DNA from: Candidatus Wildermuthbacteria bacterium
GTDB lineage: Bacteria; Patescibacteriota; Minisyncoccia; Minisyncoccales; UBA10102
NCBI GenBank assembly: GCA_016186115.1
Contig: JACPMK010000002.1
Coordinates: 8,983-72,982, forward strand
Reading direction: 5' to 3'
DNA length: 64,000 bases
Made by a program: the position numbers and the translations under genes
In this document: positions 52,465-62,502 of the stretch, piece by piece
Numbering within the stretch: the first letter of the stretch is position 1
How the letters are laid out: every line of letters begins with the position of its first letter
The notes under the pieces: model-generated
What the model was told of the DNA's origin: nothing
Seen by the model: the letters and a program-made list of their open reading frames with translations, nothing else
The model's database searches: none

Positions 52465-55400
52465 CTAAAACGGGGATACTTCGCGATAGACAGGCGGCGT
52501 AAGAGAGAAGCTGCAAATCACGGAGTCGGGATGAAATGTTACGTCCTTGAGATTCGTGAACTTCGGGCATGCTCCCGTGATATAAAAATCATATTCATTA
52601 CCCGATAATTCCTGAATCGTGCCAAAAATTTTTCCCGAAATCGACTGAATTCCGACATGAACGCTGTTTTGTATCGTAACATTTTTGAATTGCACATCGC
52701 TTTGTTCCACGACAATCGCACCCTCATCAGTTTTACTGCCGCCGTATTTTATAATGGTATGTTCGAGTACAGAGCCCGAACTTTCGGGCGTAAAATGAAT
52801 TCTGCGCCAGCTATTCATTGGATGCGACGGCGAAGTTACGCCAGCCACAGAATCATCGCCAAGCGCAGTGAATATCACAGGATTTTCTGCGGTGCCTTTG
52901 CTTAAGAGGCTGCCTCGTATAATGAGTTGTGATTCCGGGGTGAGTCCGGCAAATTTGATGACTACTCCCGGTTCAATGGTAAGCATTCTATTTTTATACG
53001 CTAGGAAATTCTCATAGATCATGTAGGGCATAGCATCTTTTGGCAAGATAAAGTTCATATCTTGTAGTGGCCCCTGGATGAAAATTGCATTGTATTCATT
53101 ATCTGTTGCGGTGTTGTTTGCGAGTTGAGTTGATCCATGAAAAAGTCGTATAGGATAGGCATTGTCAGTGAAGGTGTTATCGCGTACTACTGGCGCGCTG
53201 GGTTTTATTGGCGGATTCTGCTGAACCAAAATTCCGATCCATTGTTCAGAAAAAGAAGAATTGGTAACGGTTGGACTGCCGTTTTGTATTTCAATTCCCA
53301 TCGTTTTGCGCGAGATCCCTTGGAATTCAACGTGGTCAATTTCAGATTCAGAATCAGCTAGGTAGAGTTGCGTTTCCTGCCCCGATCCCTTGAGGATTGC
53401 GTTGCGGATAACCACATTACTTTGTTCTGCCCATATAGAATAGGATCTTGAGCTAGGAGAAGAACACGAGGGTTTTGCTGTAGCTGCTTTTTCGATGACC
53501 ACAAATTCTAATTTGGAATTCGTACTTGTAGGGGTAAAATGCATGCCGCACCAATTAGGGAAATTGCCATCTCCATAATTTGTAAAAATGATCTGGTTTT
53601 CTTCTGTTCCTTGTGCATTCAGTGTTCCTTCCACAAGAATTTCCGATACATTTTTCCCGTAGACCATCTGTAGAGTCACTCCCGGTTCTATTGTAAGTAT
53701 CTTTTTCTTAGGGATTTTTAAACTTGCAGTTGCATAATATGGGTTTGCTGATTTTGTGAGAGTAATATGGTCAAACTCATCAAATCGCAGGTAAGAGATT
53801 CTTGTTTCAGTGCCTTTGAGAGGAGTTGCGCTGTTTCTTTCCCCAGGCGTGCCGTTGATCAAAAAATATTTTGCATCTTTTCCATTTGTGAGAATAAGGT
53901 TGTTCGTTGTCCAATTCGAAGAGTCGGAACTCGGCTCTGTTGGAGAAATTCTTTCCATGGAAGCCCTTACCCAGTCCCCCCTTGAATTTTTTTCATTGAT
54001 GCCGGCAAACCAACCGCTCGAGGCATCGACCGCGTCGATAAGATTTTCTTTGGCATCGTAGAGTTTGAGAATTTCTCCGTCGTTGCGCATCGCTCCTTTG
54101 TATACTGTGGAGGGCGTATACACTTCGCGCAGATTGTGCGCATCAGATCGTATTAATAAATGGTAACGCTTTGGCAAAAGGGTGCCCGAAAGCATGATTT
54201 CGGATTTAGAGTCATCATCGCCAATAATAAATTTCCAATCGGTAATGTTGATCGTTTCTTCGCTCGCATTATAGAGTTCAATCCATTCATCATTTGCATC
54301 TGCTTTTGTTCCCATCCACGCAACCTCATTGATGATAACCTTGCCTACAGAATGAGTTGGTAGCTCTATCCTCGTTGAAATACTGTTCTCTTCGCTTTCG
54401 TTGCCACCTTTATCTTTTGTTTTTGCATAAAATGTATACATATGTTTGTCTTGCCCTTGCAGTTGAACAGCGAAGTTTTCCGGCCCCATGGGCAGCATTC
54501 CCGATTCTTTTGCTTGCCATTGTTGCCACTCATTTTCTTCGTCGATTCTATACTGAAGCGTACTTTCTCCATTTTCGTTTGGATCGTCATGATACCAAAG
54601 TACGACTCCGTCGATGTTGCTTGGGGTTACTATCGCAATAGGATTTGATAATTCCCAAGAAAGCGTAAAAATGGCTTCTTGTTGCACAGGAGCAAGAGAG
54701 CCAAAAAGAACTTTCGGAGGAATAGTAGTTTCTTCTGGTAATTGTTCAGTCGTTTCCGTTTCCTCTTCTTGGACATCGTCCTCTATTGTCTCTGGATCTT
54801 CTATGATTTCTTCGTTTCCTTCTGTTGCGGTATTGTTCTCTTGCTGCGCCTCTGATTCGTTTAAGGTATACTGTGTCTGCTCTTGGTTTTCGGGTTGTGT
54901 GGCATGCATTATCTGTGCAGCATTTCTTGCTCGAGGCGTGGGATTCTGTATTTCAAAGTCCTGTGCATTGTTATCCGTATCTTTTGGAGATGCGCCCTCT
55001 ATTTTTCTGCCAACAGAATATCCTGCTGGCGGATTTTCTGCAGGCGTTTCTTCGAAATCAGTAGCATTTCCCAGTCCTACTTTATCCACAAGTTCGCTAT
55101 TTGGATTGTAGAGCAATATGGTATTGTTTTCTGCTATTGCATAGGTTTTGCCGGAGTAGAAAAAATCAGGAGTGGGTTCTCCTCGGTAATTTTTTGTGCC
55201 GTCTTCGTTATCTTGAGGCGTAATAAGAAAATATCCATTTGCTCCGATAGCTCCGCGAAAACTCGGAGCACTTACGAGATTGGACTCGTTGCCGCTTGAT
55301 GTTTTCTTTTTGAGAGACCAGCCGGAGAGATCGATGTTCTCATTGGTAGGATTGAATAATTCTATAAATTCATCCTTTGCAGAAATATTGCTTTCTATTT

Positions 55401-57249
55401 GAATTTCAGAGATTAAAATTTTTTGGTAGATCTGGACCTGATTTTCTTCCTTGGGTTGCTGTTGTTGAGGATTTGTATTACTTCCGAGCGCATACATAGG
55501 TTGTTTTGGCTGTTCCCAAGTGAGCTCGGGCAGTCGTCTCATCGGCTGCTTTGTATCATTATCTCCGCCCGGCCATTTTGGGTCTGCAATAACTTTGTCT
55601 TGTAAGGCGCAGGTGTTATCAAAAAGATACAATGCTTCATCTTCGTTTTTCAGACCTCCTTTATAAATATAGTTAGCTGGAATGTCTGGTAGCGTTGTAT
55701 CGTCAGTGCGTTCCAAAAGAAAAGTTCCAGAAGCAGGAATGCCGTATTCTGGACCGAATAAAATCGAAATCTCCTGATTTTTGTTGAGCAATTGCCATCC
55801 CGAAAGGTTGATTGGCGTGAGTTGGGTATTCTTTAATTGCATCCATTCATCAAATGACGAATTTGTGGTGCCCATCCACGCGATCTCCTTAAAAATAACG
55901 CTGGAATATTGTGGGATGGCATCGGGGCTGGGGCTGCACCAAGTAATAGATGGTTCTTGGATTTTTTCTTTGATCTGTTTTTGCGGCTGCGGAGTTTGTG
56001 TGGGTTGCGGGGTAGGGCTTGACAACGCTTCTGCCTGAACTGTCTTTTTTTCTTCCTCCTCCTTTTGTATTTGCTTTTGTTGGAGAATTATTTTTTGAGG
56101 CGTTGGAGTCGGATCCGGTGGAACGGTTGTCGGTGGAGTATTTTCGTTCCTTTTTTGTTCGGCCACTGCTTTCTGCGGTAGTCCGACCTCTCTAATACTT
56201 AATTCAGCGCTAAGATTGTCCGGATTCTGCAAGGTCTTTTCTGCTTCTTTGGTTACTTTTTTGGTCTGTTGCCAGACATACTGTGCACCTTGTTTTACTT
56301 TATTCCATACACTCGCTACCCCTTGTTGCGTTTTAAGAACAACGAGTTCTTTAGTAATTGGTTTTGCCTTGTTCGGATCTTTGTACTCTGCCTTTGCCCA
56401 CGCATTCTGCGGTGGATCTCCACCTAATGGCAAACCGTAAAATTGCTTCTTTCCTATTTTCAGCGGCACCATTCCCAGCGTTGGTGATTTTTCTTTTGAT
56501 ATTAAAGATTTATTCTCTCCATGGCGTTCTTCAAATTCACGCTGAAGATCTTCAAGTGGAGTGAGTTTGTAGTAGGGACTATCATGCGCAATTTTTGGGG
56601 TATATGTATTTATGTTGTTGAAGAAATTCCCTTCCGCTAGATTCCAACGAGAGAGATTGCATTTGCCATCTGGCGCATAATCTGGACAATTGGAATGAGA
56701 GCCCTTAGCAATATACACCCAAGGATGTTTTACATCACTTAATTTTTTGGAATCAAATATACCTGTATTCGTGTTCCCTCCTTGGTGAAAGGAGCCGAGT
56801 ACGCTTTTAATTTTCTGTGTCTTACGATCGATGACGACAAAAACAGACTCCCAATCGCCGTAGTGTTCATTCAAGCCATTATTGAATACATAGAAGTACC
56901 AGTATTGATAAACAATATCAGGAGTTGATGTTTTATCTATAGAGTAGAAGGCAGCAAAATTCTTTAACTTTTCCTCAATAGAAAGCGCATTGTATTTTTG
57001 TTTAGCTTCTTCACCGGAAATTTCTTGAAGTGCATTGTTATAATAGAAGTTTAATGGATTTGTGGGATAATATCCTTCTTCTTTATGTAGCCAAATATTA
57101 GGAGCATAGGTACTAGCTGGCGGGATATTTTCTTCATTAGTTTGACCTAATGCCAGGGTTACCCCCAACAAAAAAAGCGCGACAGAGAGTACATATTTAT
57201 TTATAAATATCGTCTTCGTTAAGTTAAGTTTCCCCATACCGAATTGCAC
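52465..57249 (-). CDS. giant secreted multidomain protein: Vps62/DUF946-like N-terminus, three lamin-tail (LTD) domains, parallel beta-helix repeats
   Basis: 1594 aa. Signal/TM N-terminus. YAPNIWLHKEEGYYPTNP (Vps62-like). Q/P/T/E-rich linkers. LTD hallmarks at three sites (IFKEIAWMG..DEWMQLKN, LISEIQI..DEFIELFN, VIINEVAWMG..DEWIELYN). The C-terminal ~550 aa carry periodic beta-helix-like repeats. Confidence 0.75.
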   Translation of the reverse strand: MQFGMGKLNLTKTIFINKYVLSVALFLLGVTLALGQTNEENIPPASTYAPNIWLHKEEGYYPTNPLNFYYNNALQEISGEEAKQKYNALSIEEKLKNFAAFYSIDKTSTPDIVYQYWYFYVFNNGLNEHYGDWESVFVVIDRKTQKIKSVLGSFHQGGNTNTGIFDSKKLSDVKHPWVYIAKGSHSNCPDYAPDGKCNLSRWNLAEGNFFNNINTYTPKIAHDSPYYKLTPLEDLQREFEERHGENKSLISKEKSPTLGMVPLKIGKKQFYGLPLGGDPPQNAWAKAEYKDPNKAKPITKELVVLKTQQGVASVWNKVKQGAQYVWQQTKKVTKEAEKTLQNPDNLSAELSIREVGLPQKAVAEQKRNENTPPTTVPPDPTPTPQKIILQQKQIQKEEEEKKTVQAEALSSPTPQPTQTPQPQKQIKEKIQEPSITWCSPSPDAIPQYSSVIFKEIAWMGTTNSSFDEWMQLKNTQLTPINLSGWQLLNKNQEISILFGPEYGIPASGTFLLERTDDTTLPDIPANYIYKGGLKNEDEALYLFDNTCALQDKVIADPKWPGGDNDTKQPMRRLPELTWEQPKQPMYALGSNTNPQQQQPKEENQVQIYQKILISEIQIESNISAKDEFIELFNPTNENIDLSGWSLKKKTSSGNESNLVSAPSFRGAIGANGYFLITPQDNEDGTKNYRGEPTPDFFYSGKTYAIAENNTILLYNPNSELVDKVGLGNATDFEETPAENPPAGYSVGRKIEGASPKDTDNNAQDFEIQNPTPRARNAAQIMHATQPENQEQTQYTLNESEAQQENNTATEGNEEIIEDPETIEDDVQEEETETTEQLPEETTIPPKVLFGSLAPVQQEAIFTLSWELSNPIAIVTPSNIDGVVLWYHDDPNENGESTLQYRIDEENEWQQWQAKESGMLPMGPENFAVQLQGQDKHMYTFYAKTKDKGGNESEENSISTRIELPTHSVGKVIINEVAWMGTKADANDEWIELYNASEETINITDWKFIIGDDDSKSEIMLSGTLLPKRYHLLIRSDAHNLREVYTPSTVYKGAMRNDGEILKLYDAKENLIDAVDASSGWFAGINEKNSRGDWVRASMERISPTEPSSDSSNWTTNNLILTNGKDAKYFLINGTPGERNSATPLKGTETRISYLRFDEFDHITLTKSANPYYATASLKIPKKKILTIEPGVTLQMVYGKNVSEILVEGTLNAQGTEENQIIFTNYGDGNFPNWCGMHFTPTSTNSKLEFVVIEKAATAKPSCSSPSSRSYSIWAEQSNVVIRNAILKGSGQETQLYLADSESEIDHVEFQGISRKTMGIEIQNGSPTVTNSSFSEQWIGILVQQNPPIKPSAPVVRDNTFTDNAYPIRLFHGSTQLANNTATDNEYNAIFIQGPLQDMNFILPKDAMPYMIYENFLAYKNRMLTIEPGVVIKFAGLTPESQLIIRGSLLSKGTAENPVIFTALGDDSVAGVTSPSHPMNSWRRIHFTPESSGSVLEHTIIKYGGSKTDEGAIVVEQSDVQFKNVTIQNSVHVGIQSISGKIFGTIQELSGNEYDFYITGACPKFTNLKDVTFHPDSVICSFSLTPPVYREVSPF

Positions 57250-57877
57250 TCGCTATCATCCAGCCAAGTACACATCCCATAAATAAGAAAGTAAAAATAT
57301 ACGATGACAGGAGCGAACTCAGAGATTCTCCCAAATAATTACCAATGATCGGACTTATCAAAGCAGTGGATAGCAGACTTGTCGCTGTGGCTAGTCCAAT
57401 TTTTATTAGATTTTTTTTGAGAAGGATTCCATATAGTGTTCCGGTAAACAATCCTACTATAGCAAATTCCAAATATAGAACTCCTATTCGTAGGGAAGGT
57501 TGGAGGTCCCAGTAATAGAAAATTTTCGACAAAAATTCATTTGGTTCGGATGGAAGCAAAAATTCAAGTAGAACTGTACCCCATATTACTAGCCATTCTA
57601 TCCATATCATCGGTATGATGAAAGACATAAGCCAGCCGAGGGTGCCGATGGACATTACTTTGAACATCAGTTTTCTATCGCCGGAAAATAAAACAAGGGA
57701 TAAACTCCCTAAGATGCCAAAGGCGACTGCGCCTAAAATGTAAGAGAATGGATTGGTGAATGTTTCGTTGCTGCCGACGGTGCCACGGTATGCTTCAATG
57801 CCCCAGATTGCGCCGGCTAAACCGAAACCAATGATGGGGGCGAGAGTGCGCTTGTGGCGCAGGAGAAATCCTTTCAT
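57224..57877 (-). CDS. polytopic membrane protein, unknown function
   Basis: 217 aa, ~6 hydrophobic segments. Its stop overlaps the giant gene's start by 26 nt. Confidence 0.6.
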   Translation of the reverse strand: MKGFLLRHKRTLAPIIGFGLAGAIWGIEAYRGTVGSNETFTNPFSYILGAVAFGILGSLSLVLFSGDRKLMFKVMSIGTLGWLMSFIIPMIWIEWLVIWGTVLLEFLLPSEPNEFLSKIFYYWDLQPSLRIGVLYLEFAIVGLFTGTLYGILLKKNLIKIGLATATSLLSTALISPIIGNYLGESLSSLLSSYIFTFLFMGCVLGWMIASAIRYGET

Positions 57878-57885
57878 TACTGTCG

Positions 57886-58287
57886 TTAATTATTGGGATT
57901 ATTCTCGTTTGGATTATTCTCGGGGAGCATGCAGCTTTTGAGCTGGCTGACGATGTCTTTGGGAGTATGAGAAGTTTTCAAGAGATAGGCGCAAGCCCCC
58001 AACGTAAGGGCTTCTCTTTTTACTTTCGGGTCTTCAAAATTTGAGAACGCAATAACCGGAATTGAGGCAATGTCGGGGTCGTCTTGTTTTTTCCATAAAA
58101 AGGATAGGCCATTGGTATTTTGCAGAATAATGTCGAGCAAAATGGCATCGGGCTTTTCCGCTTTTGCTTTTTGAAAACCCTCTTCGCTCGTGGCGGCCGT
58201 GAGCACTTCAAGGCCCTCGCGCTCCAATTTATCGCGGTACATATTCGCAAGCATCTGTTCGTCTTCAATGATGAGGATTTTCCTCAT
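57886..58287 (-). CDS. stand-alone response regulator receiver domain (no output domain)
   Basis: 133 aa. Acidic pocket (IIEDE), phospho-acceptor context AILLDIIL, conserved K (LLKTSHTPK). Asn/Pro-rich tail ENNPNENNPNN. Confidence 0.85.
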   Translation of the reverse strand: MRKILIIEDEQMLANMYRDKLEREGLEVLTAATSEEGFQKAKAEKPDAILLDIILQNTNGLSFLWKKQDDPDIASIPVIAFSNFEDPKVKREALTLGACAYLLKTSHTPKDIVSQLKSCMLPENNPNENNPNN

Positions 58288-59909
58288 GTGTTCATCCTAG
58301 GACTTTCTTGGGGTTGGTTCAATGGCAGTTCGATATGGAAAGTGCTCCCCTTTCCTTTTCCTGCGGATTCCGCCCAGATTTTTCCATTATGCAAGCGAAC
58401 AAATTGATCTGCTATGTAGAGGCCAAGGCCCGCGCCTTCGGTCCATGATTTCATGCCGGCAGTTCCGCGGGAAAAACTTTGGAAAAGCGTTTTAACTTCT
58501 GATTGCGTCATGCCATCGCCTGTATCTGCTACAGCAATATGCACCCTTTCATTTTCTTGTTGTTTTGCCTTTAGGGTAATAGACCCGGTGGCGGTGTAGC
58601 GTATTGCGTTATCGATAAGATTGATTAGTACATTTCGAATTTTTTCTTCATCAACCAAAATTTGAGGCAATGGTTTTTGAGGTTTCTCAAACAGCAATTG
58701 GAGATTTTTTTGCTGCGCTTTTATCTGAATAGCCCCAATTGTGCTTTCGATAATTTGCTCTATATTTGCCGGAGCCAAATCCACGGTTATTTTTCCCGAT
58801 TCAATTCTTGATAAGCTCAATAGATCGTTTACCAGTTTTATTAATCTTTCATTGGAGTCGTACACATTGCTTAAAACTTTTATTGCCTTCTGGCTAATTT
58901 TGCCATAGCTTCCTTCAATGAGCATCGAGGCATATCCTTTAATCGCGGTGAGCGGCGCCCGCAGCTGATGGGATGCAATCGAGATGAATTCTGATTTAGC
59001 CGCGTCGAGTTTCTTTAGCTCGACATTGGCCACTTCAAGTTTTTGAGTTAGAGTTTCAAGCTGTTCCCGCTGCCTGACTTCTTGACGCACCGCTTTTACG
59101 AGAAAATAACCAAGAGTTGCTGTGCCGATAAAGAGAAACAAGTTGAAAATTGTTTGTGAAAGATTTTCCGGACTAAAAATATTAAGAAATAATATCGCAA
59201 CAAGAAGAGCTGTGAGTATTTCAGTCGCGATTACTTTGATATCAAGCAGACGATATCGAAAGATTGCATATGCGGCAAGAAAAAGGAAGGGAATCGTGAA
59301 TAAGGGGCCAAATTGTATAAAAGATGTGTTCTGGAAAATCGCCACTGTTATAAACTGTGTGGGAATAAGCAGAAGAAACATGATTAAATATCCTATTCCA
59401 AGATACATGAGCTGTTTCTTTCTTACTTCTTGCGCTTTTTTTAATTCCCGGATCAGTTTAATTCCGCCAAAGATAAAAAGGGAAAAGATTGCGGCTGCAA
59501 ACAAACCAATGAGAGGGCCGACTACTGGTGTTGGGATCCCCCCATCAATTCGGGCTAATCCTCGAAAGACATAGGGACTTTGCGTGGCAATCATTGCTAC
59601 TAATGCAAGTATGCTCGGAAAGAGTATAATAGGTTTTTTGAGAGAGAGTTGCCCCTCGGCAAAGCTATAAACTAATAAGAAAAATACCCACTTGAGCAAT
59701 ACTGCGAAGAAAAGTACAAGACGTACAAAATAAAGTTGATAAGGAGATATTTGTAGGGATAAATAATTTATAAAAGACCAAAATAGAATTGCTACTCCCG
59801 CAAATAAAAATAGGTTTCTATTTCTTCCGTGTTCGCCCCTGGAGACAATTCCCAGCAGGGTGAGCGTAAGTGTAATGGTAAGTAGTGTAGAAGAAAAAGC
59901 TATCGGCAT
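58284..59909 (-). CDS. sensor histidine kinase with an N-terminal multi-TM (7TM-type) sensor region
   Basis: 541 aa. About 7 TM segments, then the H box SHQLRAPLTAIKG, N box NLIDNAIRYT, and G boxes DTGDGM and GAGLGL. 4-nt overlap with the RR start. Confidence 0.88.
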   Translation of the reverse strand: MPIAFSSTLLTITLTLTLLGIVSRGEHGRNRNLFLFAGVAILFWSFINYLSLQISPYQLYFVRLVLFFAVLLKWVFFLLVYSFAEGQLSLKKPIILFPSILALVAMIATQSPYVFRGLARIDGGIPTPVVGPLIGLFAAAIFSLFIFGGIKLIRELKKAQEVRKKQLMYLGIGYLIMFLLLIPTQFITVAIFQNTSFIQFGPLFTIPFLFLAAYAIFRYRLLDIKVIATEILTALLVAILFLNIFSPENLSQTIFNLFLFIGTATLGYFLVKAVRQEVRQREQLETLTQKLEVANVELKKLDAAKSEFISIASHQLRAPLTAIKGYASMLIEGSYGKISQKAIKVLSNVYDSNERLIKLVNDLLSLSRIESGKITVDLAPANIEQIIESTIGAIQIKAQQKNLQLLFEKPQKPLPQILVDEEKIRNVLINLIDNAIRYTATGSITLKAKQQENERVHIAVADTGDGMTQSEVKTLFQSFSRGTAGMKSWTEGAGLGLYIADQFVRLHNGKIWAESAGKGKGSTFHIELPLNQPQESPRMNT

Positions 59910-59910
59910 T

Positions 59911-61473
59911 TTATTTATGGTTGGTTTTCATAACCCACATTTGTTTTGTTCCCATTTTAAAATACATTGGATGTTCTTTGGGCCAAAAAACAAGTTTCGG
60001 TATTGACCTTGAGCCAAGATGCTGGTGGAGCTCTCTAAACTCGGAATTTTTTTCTAAAAGATGCGACAGAATTTTTTTAAGAACTAAATTTTTTTCTTTG
60101 CTTGTGATTTTGTAATCTTTACACAATTCGATATTAATTTCGAGGTATTGATTTTGTCCTTTGCTATACTTTGTAAGCATTGTAAATTTACCGGTTACAA
60201 ATTTACTTATAGGATTTTCAAGCAGTGCAGCTCGGATTGTTTCGGGATAAATTTGGAGTCCGTAAAGAGTAGTGCTGAGGTCCTTTCGTTCGTAAACATA
60301 CACAAACGGAAGTTTATATATATTATCTTTGCCCAATATGTTGGCACCTTCTTTCAGAAGATCAACCCCCGCTTTTTTAAAAATGGATTCGACCTCATGA
60401 AAAAGCATTGTTCCACCGTGGTCGCCAATAGCATAACGTATGAGTGGAAGAGTGTTGTTTCCCGTTAGGAGAATATCTTTTTCCGATGTTGTTTCAAATG
60501 TAATAAAAAGGGGGTTATATTGGGCGAGTGTGGGCGTTTTGATGCTCTGCGAGAATAAAGCAAGAAATAATGATTGGTCTTGCATTGCTATTCTTCTGGC
60601 TAGAATTGCTATAGGAGTTTCAAAAGCCATTGCCCCGATGTCTGCTGATCCGTAAATATTTAATGTATCGAGATACAGATTTTTAATGCCTGTCTTTTGA
60701 ATAAGATAATCTCTGAAATGCTCCGTAAAAGATTCAGCCGCAAATAAAAGACGGATGCGCAAGCGATGTAGATCTACTCCTTCCTCTGCTGACTCATCTA
60801 TAATATCTTTTATAAAAGGCGGGTACCCCACAAGAATTGTTTGAGCAAAATTTGGCGCGATCTTTTTTAGAGCCTTAAAAATCTCTCCTTTATTGATACC
60901 GGGGGTGAGGATGGAAATGGGATATCCTCTTTGGCCTGCCAGTTCGAAGGCCTTATAGGTAATTAACCCCCCGATCCATACGCCCATACCAAAACAGATA
61001 AGTACAAGGGTTGGTTTCTTTCCGTAAGAGCTATTCTGCAAATAGAGTTCCAGCAGTATCGAATATTGCCAGTCGAGATCATTATTTCTTGAGAAATAGA
61101 ACGGTTCTCCAGTGGAGCCAGAGGTGGCAGTAAGAACCATTGGCTTTGCAATCGATCCATTCCAGTGAAGTTTTTCTATGGGATATTGACGGAGGTAATC
61201 TGCTTTACTCGTAGGAGGAACGAGTTGAAAATCTTGCCAGTTTTTGATTTTTTTGGGGTTGATCCCATGTTTGCTGAGAAAATCCTTATATGCCGGCACT
61301 TGATTTGCGGCCCTATGGAAAAGATCCAAGGCTCTCGTTTCTCTTTCTTGATTCCAGAATTGCTCTTGTTTTACATGGATATTTTTGAGAATGTGCTGTG
61401 GAGGGGCGTATTGTTTATGCATTGCTTTCATGCGTTTGGCGTTTTGTAGTTCGAAGAAAAATTTGTTCCGCAA
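59911..61473 (-). CDS. adenylate-forming enzyme, PaaK / coenzyme F390 synthetase-like family
   Basis: 520 aa. AMP-binding motif LTATSGSTGEPFYF. Length and layout resemble phenylacetate-CoA ligase-type enzymes. The start is probably internal (M15 or M18), because the ORF overlaps the upstream gene's end. Confidence 0.65.
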   Translation of the reverse strand: MRNKFFFELQNAKRMKAMHKQYAPPQHILKNIHVKQEQFWNQERETRALDLFHRAANQVPAYKDFLSKHGINPKKIKNWQDFQLVPPTSKADYLRQYPIEKLHWNGSIAKPMVLTATSGSTGEPFYFSRNNDLDWQYSILLELYLQNSSYGKKPTLVLICFGMGVWIGGLITYKAFELAGQRGYPISILTPGINKGEIFKALKKIAPNFAQTILVGYPPFIKDIIDESAEEGVDLHRLRIRLLFAAESFTEHFRDYLIQKTGIKNLYLDTLNIYGSADIGAMAFETPIAILARRIAMQDQSLFLALFSQSIKTPTLAQYNPLFITFETTSEKDILLTGNNTLPLIRYAIGDHGGTMLFHEVESIFKKAGVDLLKEGANILGKDNIYKLPFVYVYERKDLSTTLYGLQIYPETIRAALLENPISKFVTGKFTMLTKYSKGQNQYLEINIELCKDYKITSKEKNLVLKKILSHLLEKNSEFRELHQHLGSRSIPKLVFWPKEHPMYFKMGTKQMWVMKTNHK

Positions 61474-62497
61474 GCATATCGGCTATATAATTTGTAGGCT
61501 GTTTTTCTTTCTGTGACAAATTAAGAATTTTTTCTGTGGTATTGCTAATATTCTCAACGCACTCTTCGACTCTTGCTTTATTATATCCTTTTGGATTTAG
61601 TTCTGCGACTACATTAATAAGACCCCCTGCGTTTGCCAAGTAATCGGGCACATATAGAATACCTTTTCTGTGCAAAAGCATTCCGACTTTTCCGTTCGCT
61701 AGCTGATTATTCGCACCTCCGCAAATAATTTTGCATCGTAATTCTTTTACAGTAGTTTGTGTAAATTCATTCCCAAGTGCACATGGTGAATACACATCGA
61801 CCTTCTCTTTATGAATTTCTGATGGTCTGACTATTTTTACCTTAGGAAATTTTTTCTGCATGGATTGAGTTTTTGTTTTATCAACGTCAGCCGCTATAAT
61901 GATTGCGCCATTTTCGTACAATAAATGGCATAACTCTCCGCCTACCTTGCCAAGTCCTTTAATCGCGAATACTCTTCCAGCGATTTCAGAGTTTCCTAGG
62001 GCAAGTTTTAGAGCTGCTTTGATAGCATAAAATACTCCTTTCGCAGCCCATGGAGAAGGATCTCCTGCGATATTCGGTTTTCCTATGATAAAAGGAGATT
62101 TCTTTAGGAGGATGCGCATATCCATTTCGTCGATTCCCACATCTTCTCCAGTATGTAGGGAGCCATTTAGCAGATTGATTTTTTGAGCGTATGCATAGAG
62201 AAGGTTTTCTGTTTTTGCTCTTCGGGAATGAGCTATAATGACACCTTTACCCCCTCCGTAAGGCACATCAGCAAGCGCGCATTTATAGGTCATCGCTTTC
62301 GATAAGTTTAGGGCATCGCGGAGCGCCTCAATATCCGAGGCATATTGTCGGTATCTAGTTCCTCCCACTGCGGGTCCGAGATTGGTGTTGTGAATAGCAA
62401 TAAAACCTCGCAGGCCACTCTTTTTTTCAGAGAAAAAGGATACAAGTTCGTGGTTGTCGAATTCGGGGAGGCGGTCGTAGGGGAAGTTATGAGACAT
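61415..62497 (-). CDS. Glu/Leu/Phe/Val-family amino acid dehydrogenase (leucine dehydrogenase-like)
   Basis: 360 aa. Catalytic Lys region VPYGGGKGVI and Rossmann motif IKGLGKVGGEL. Confidence 0.8.
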   Translation of the reverse strand: MSHNFPYDRLPEFDNHELVSFFSEKKSGLRGFIAIHNTNLGPAVGGTRYRQYASDIEALRDALNLSKAMTYKCALADVPYGGGKGVIIAHSRRAKTENLLYAYAQKINLLNGSLHTGEDVGIDEMDMRILLKKSPFIIGKPNIAGDPSPWAAKGVFYAIKAALKLALGNSEIAGRVFAIKGLGKVGGELCHLLYENGAIIIAADVDKTKTQSMQKKFPKVKIVRPSEIHKEKVDVYSPCALGNEFTQTTVKELRCKIICGGANNQLANGKVGMLLHRKGILYVPDYLANAGGLINVVAELNPKGYNKARVEECVENISNTTEKILNLSQKEKQPTNYIADMLAEQIFLRTTKRQTHESNA

Positions 62498-62502
62498 AGA
62501 GA

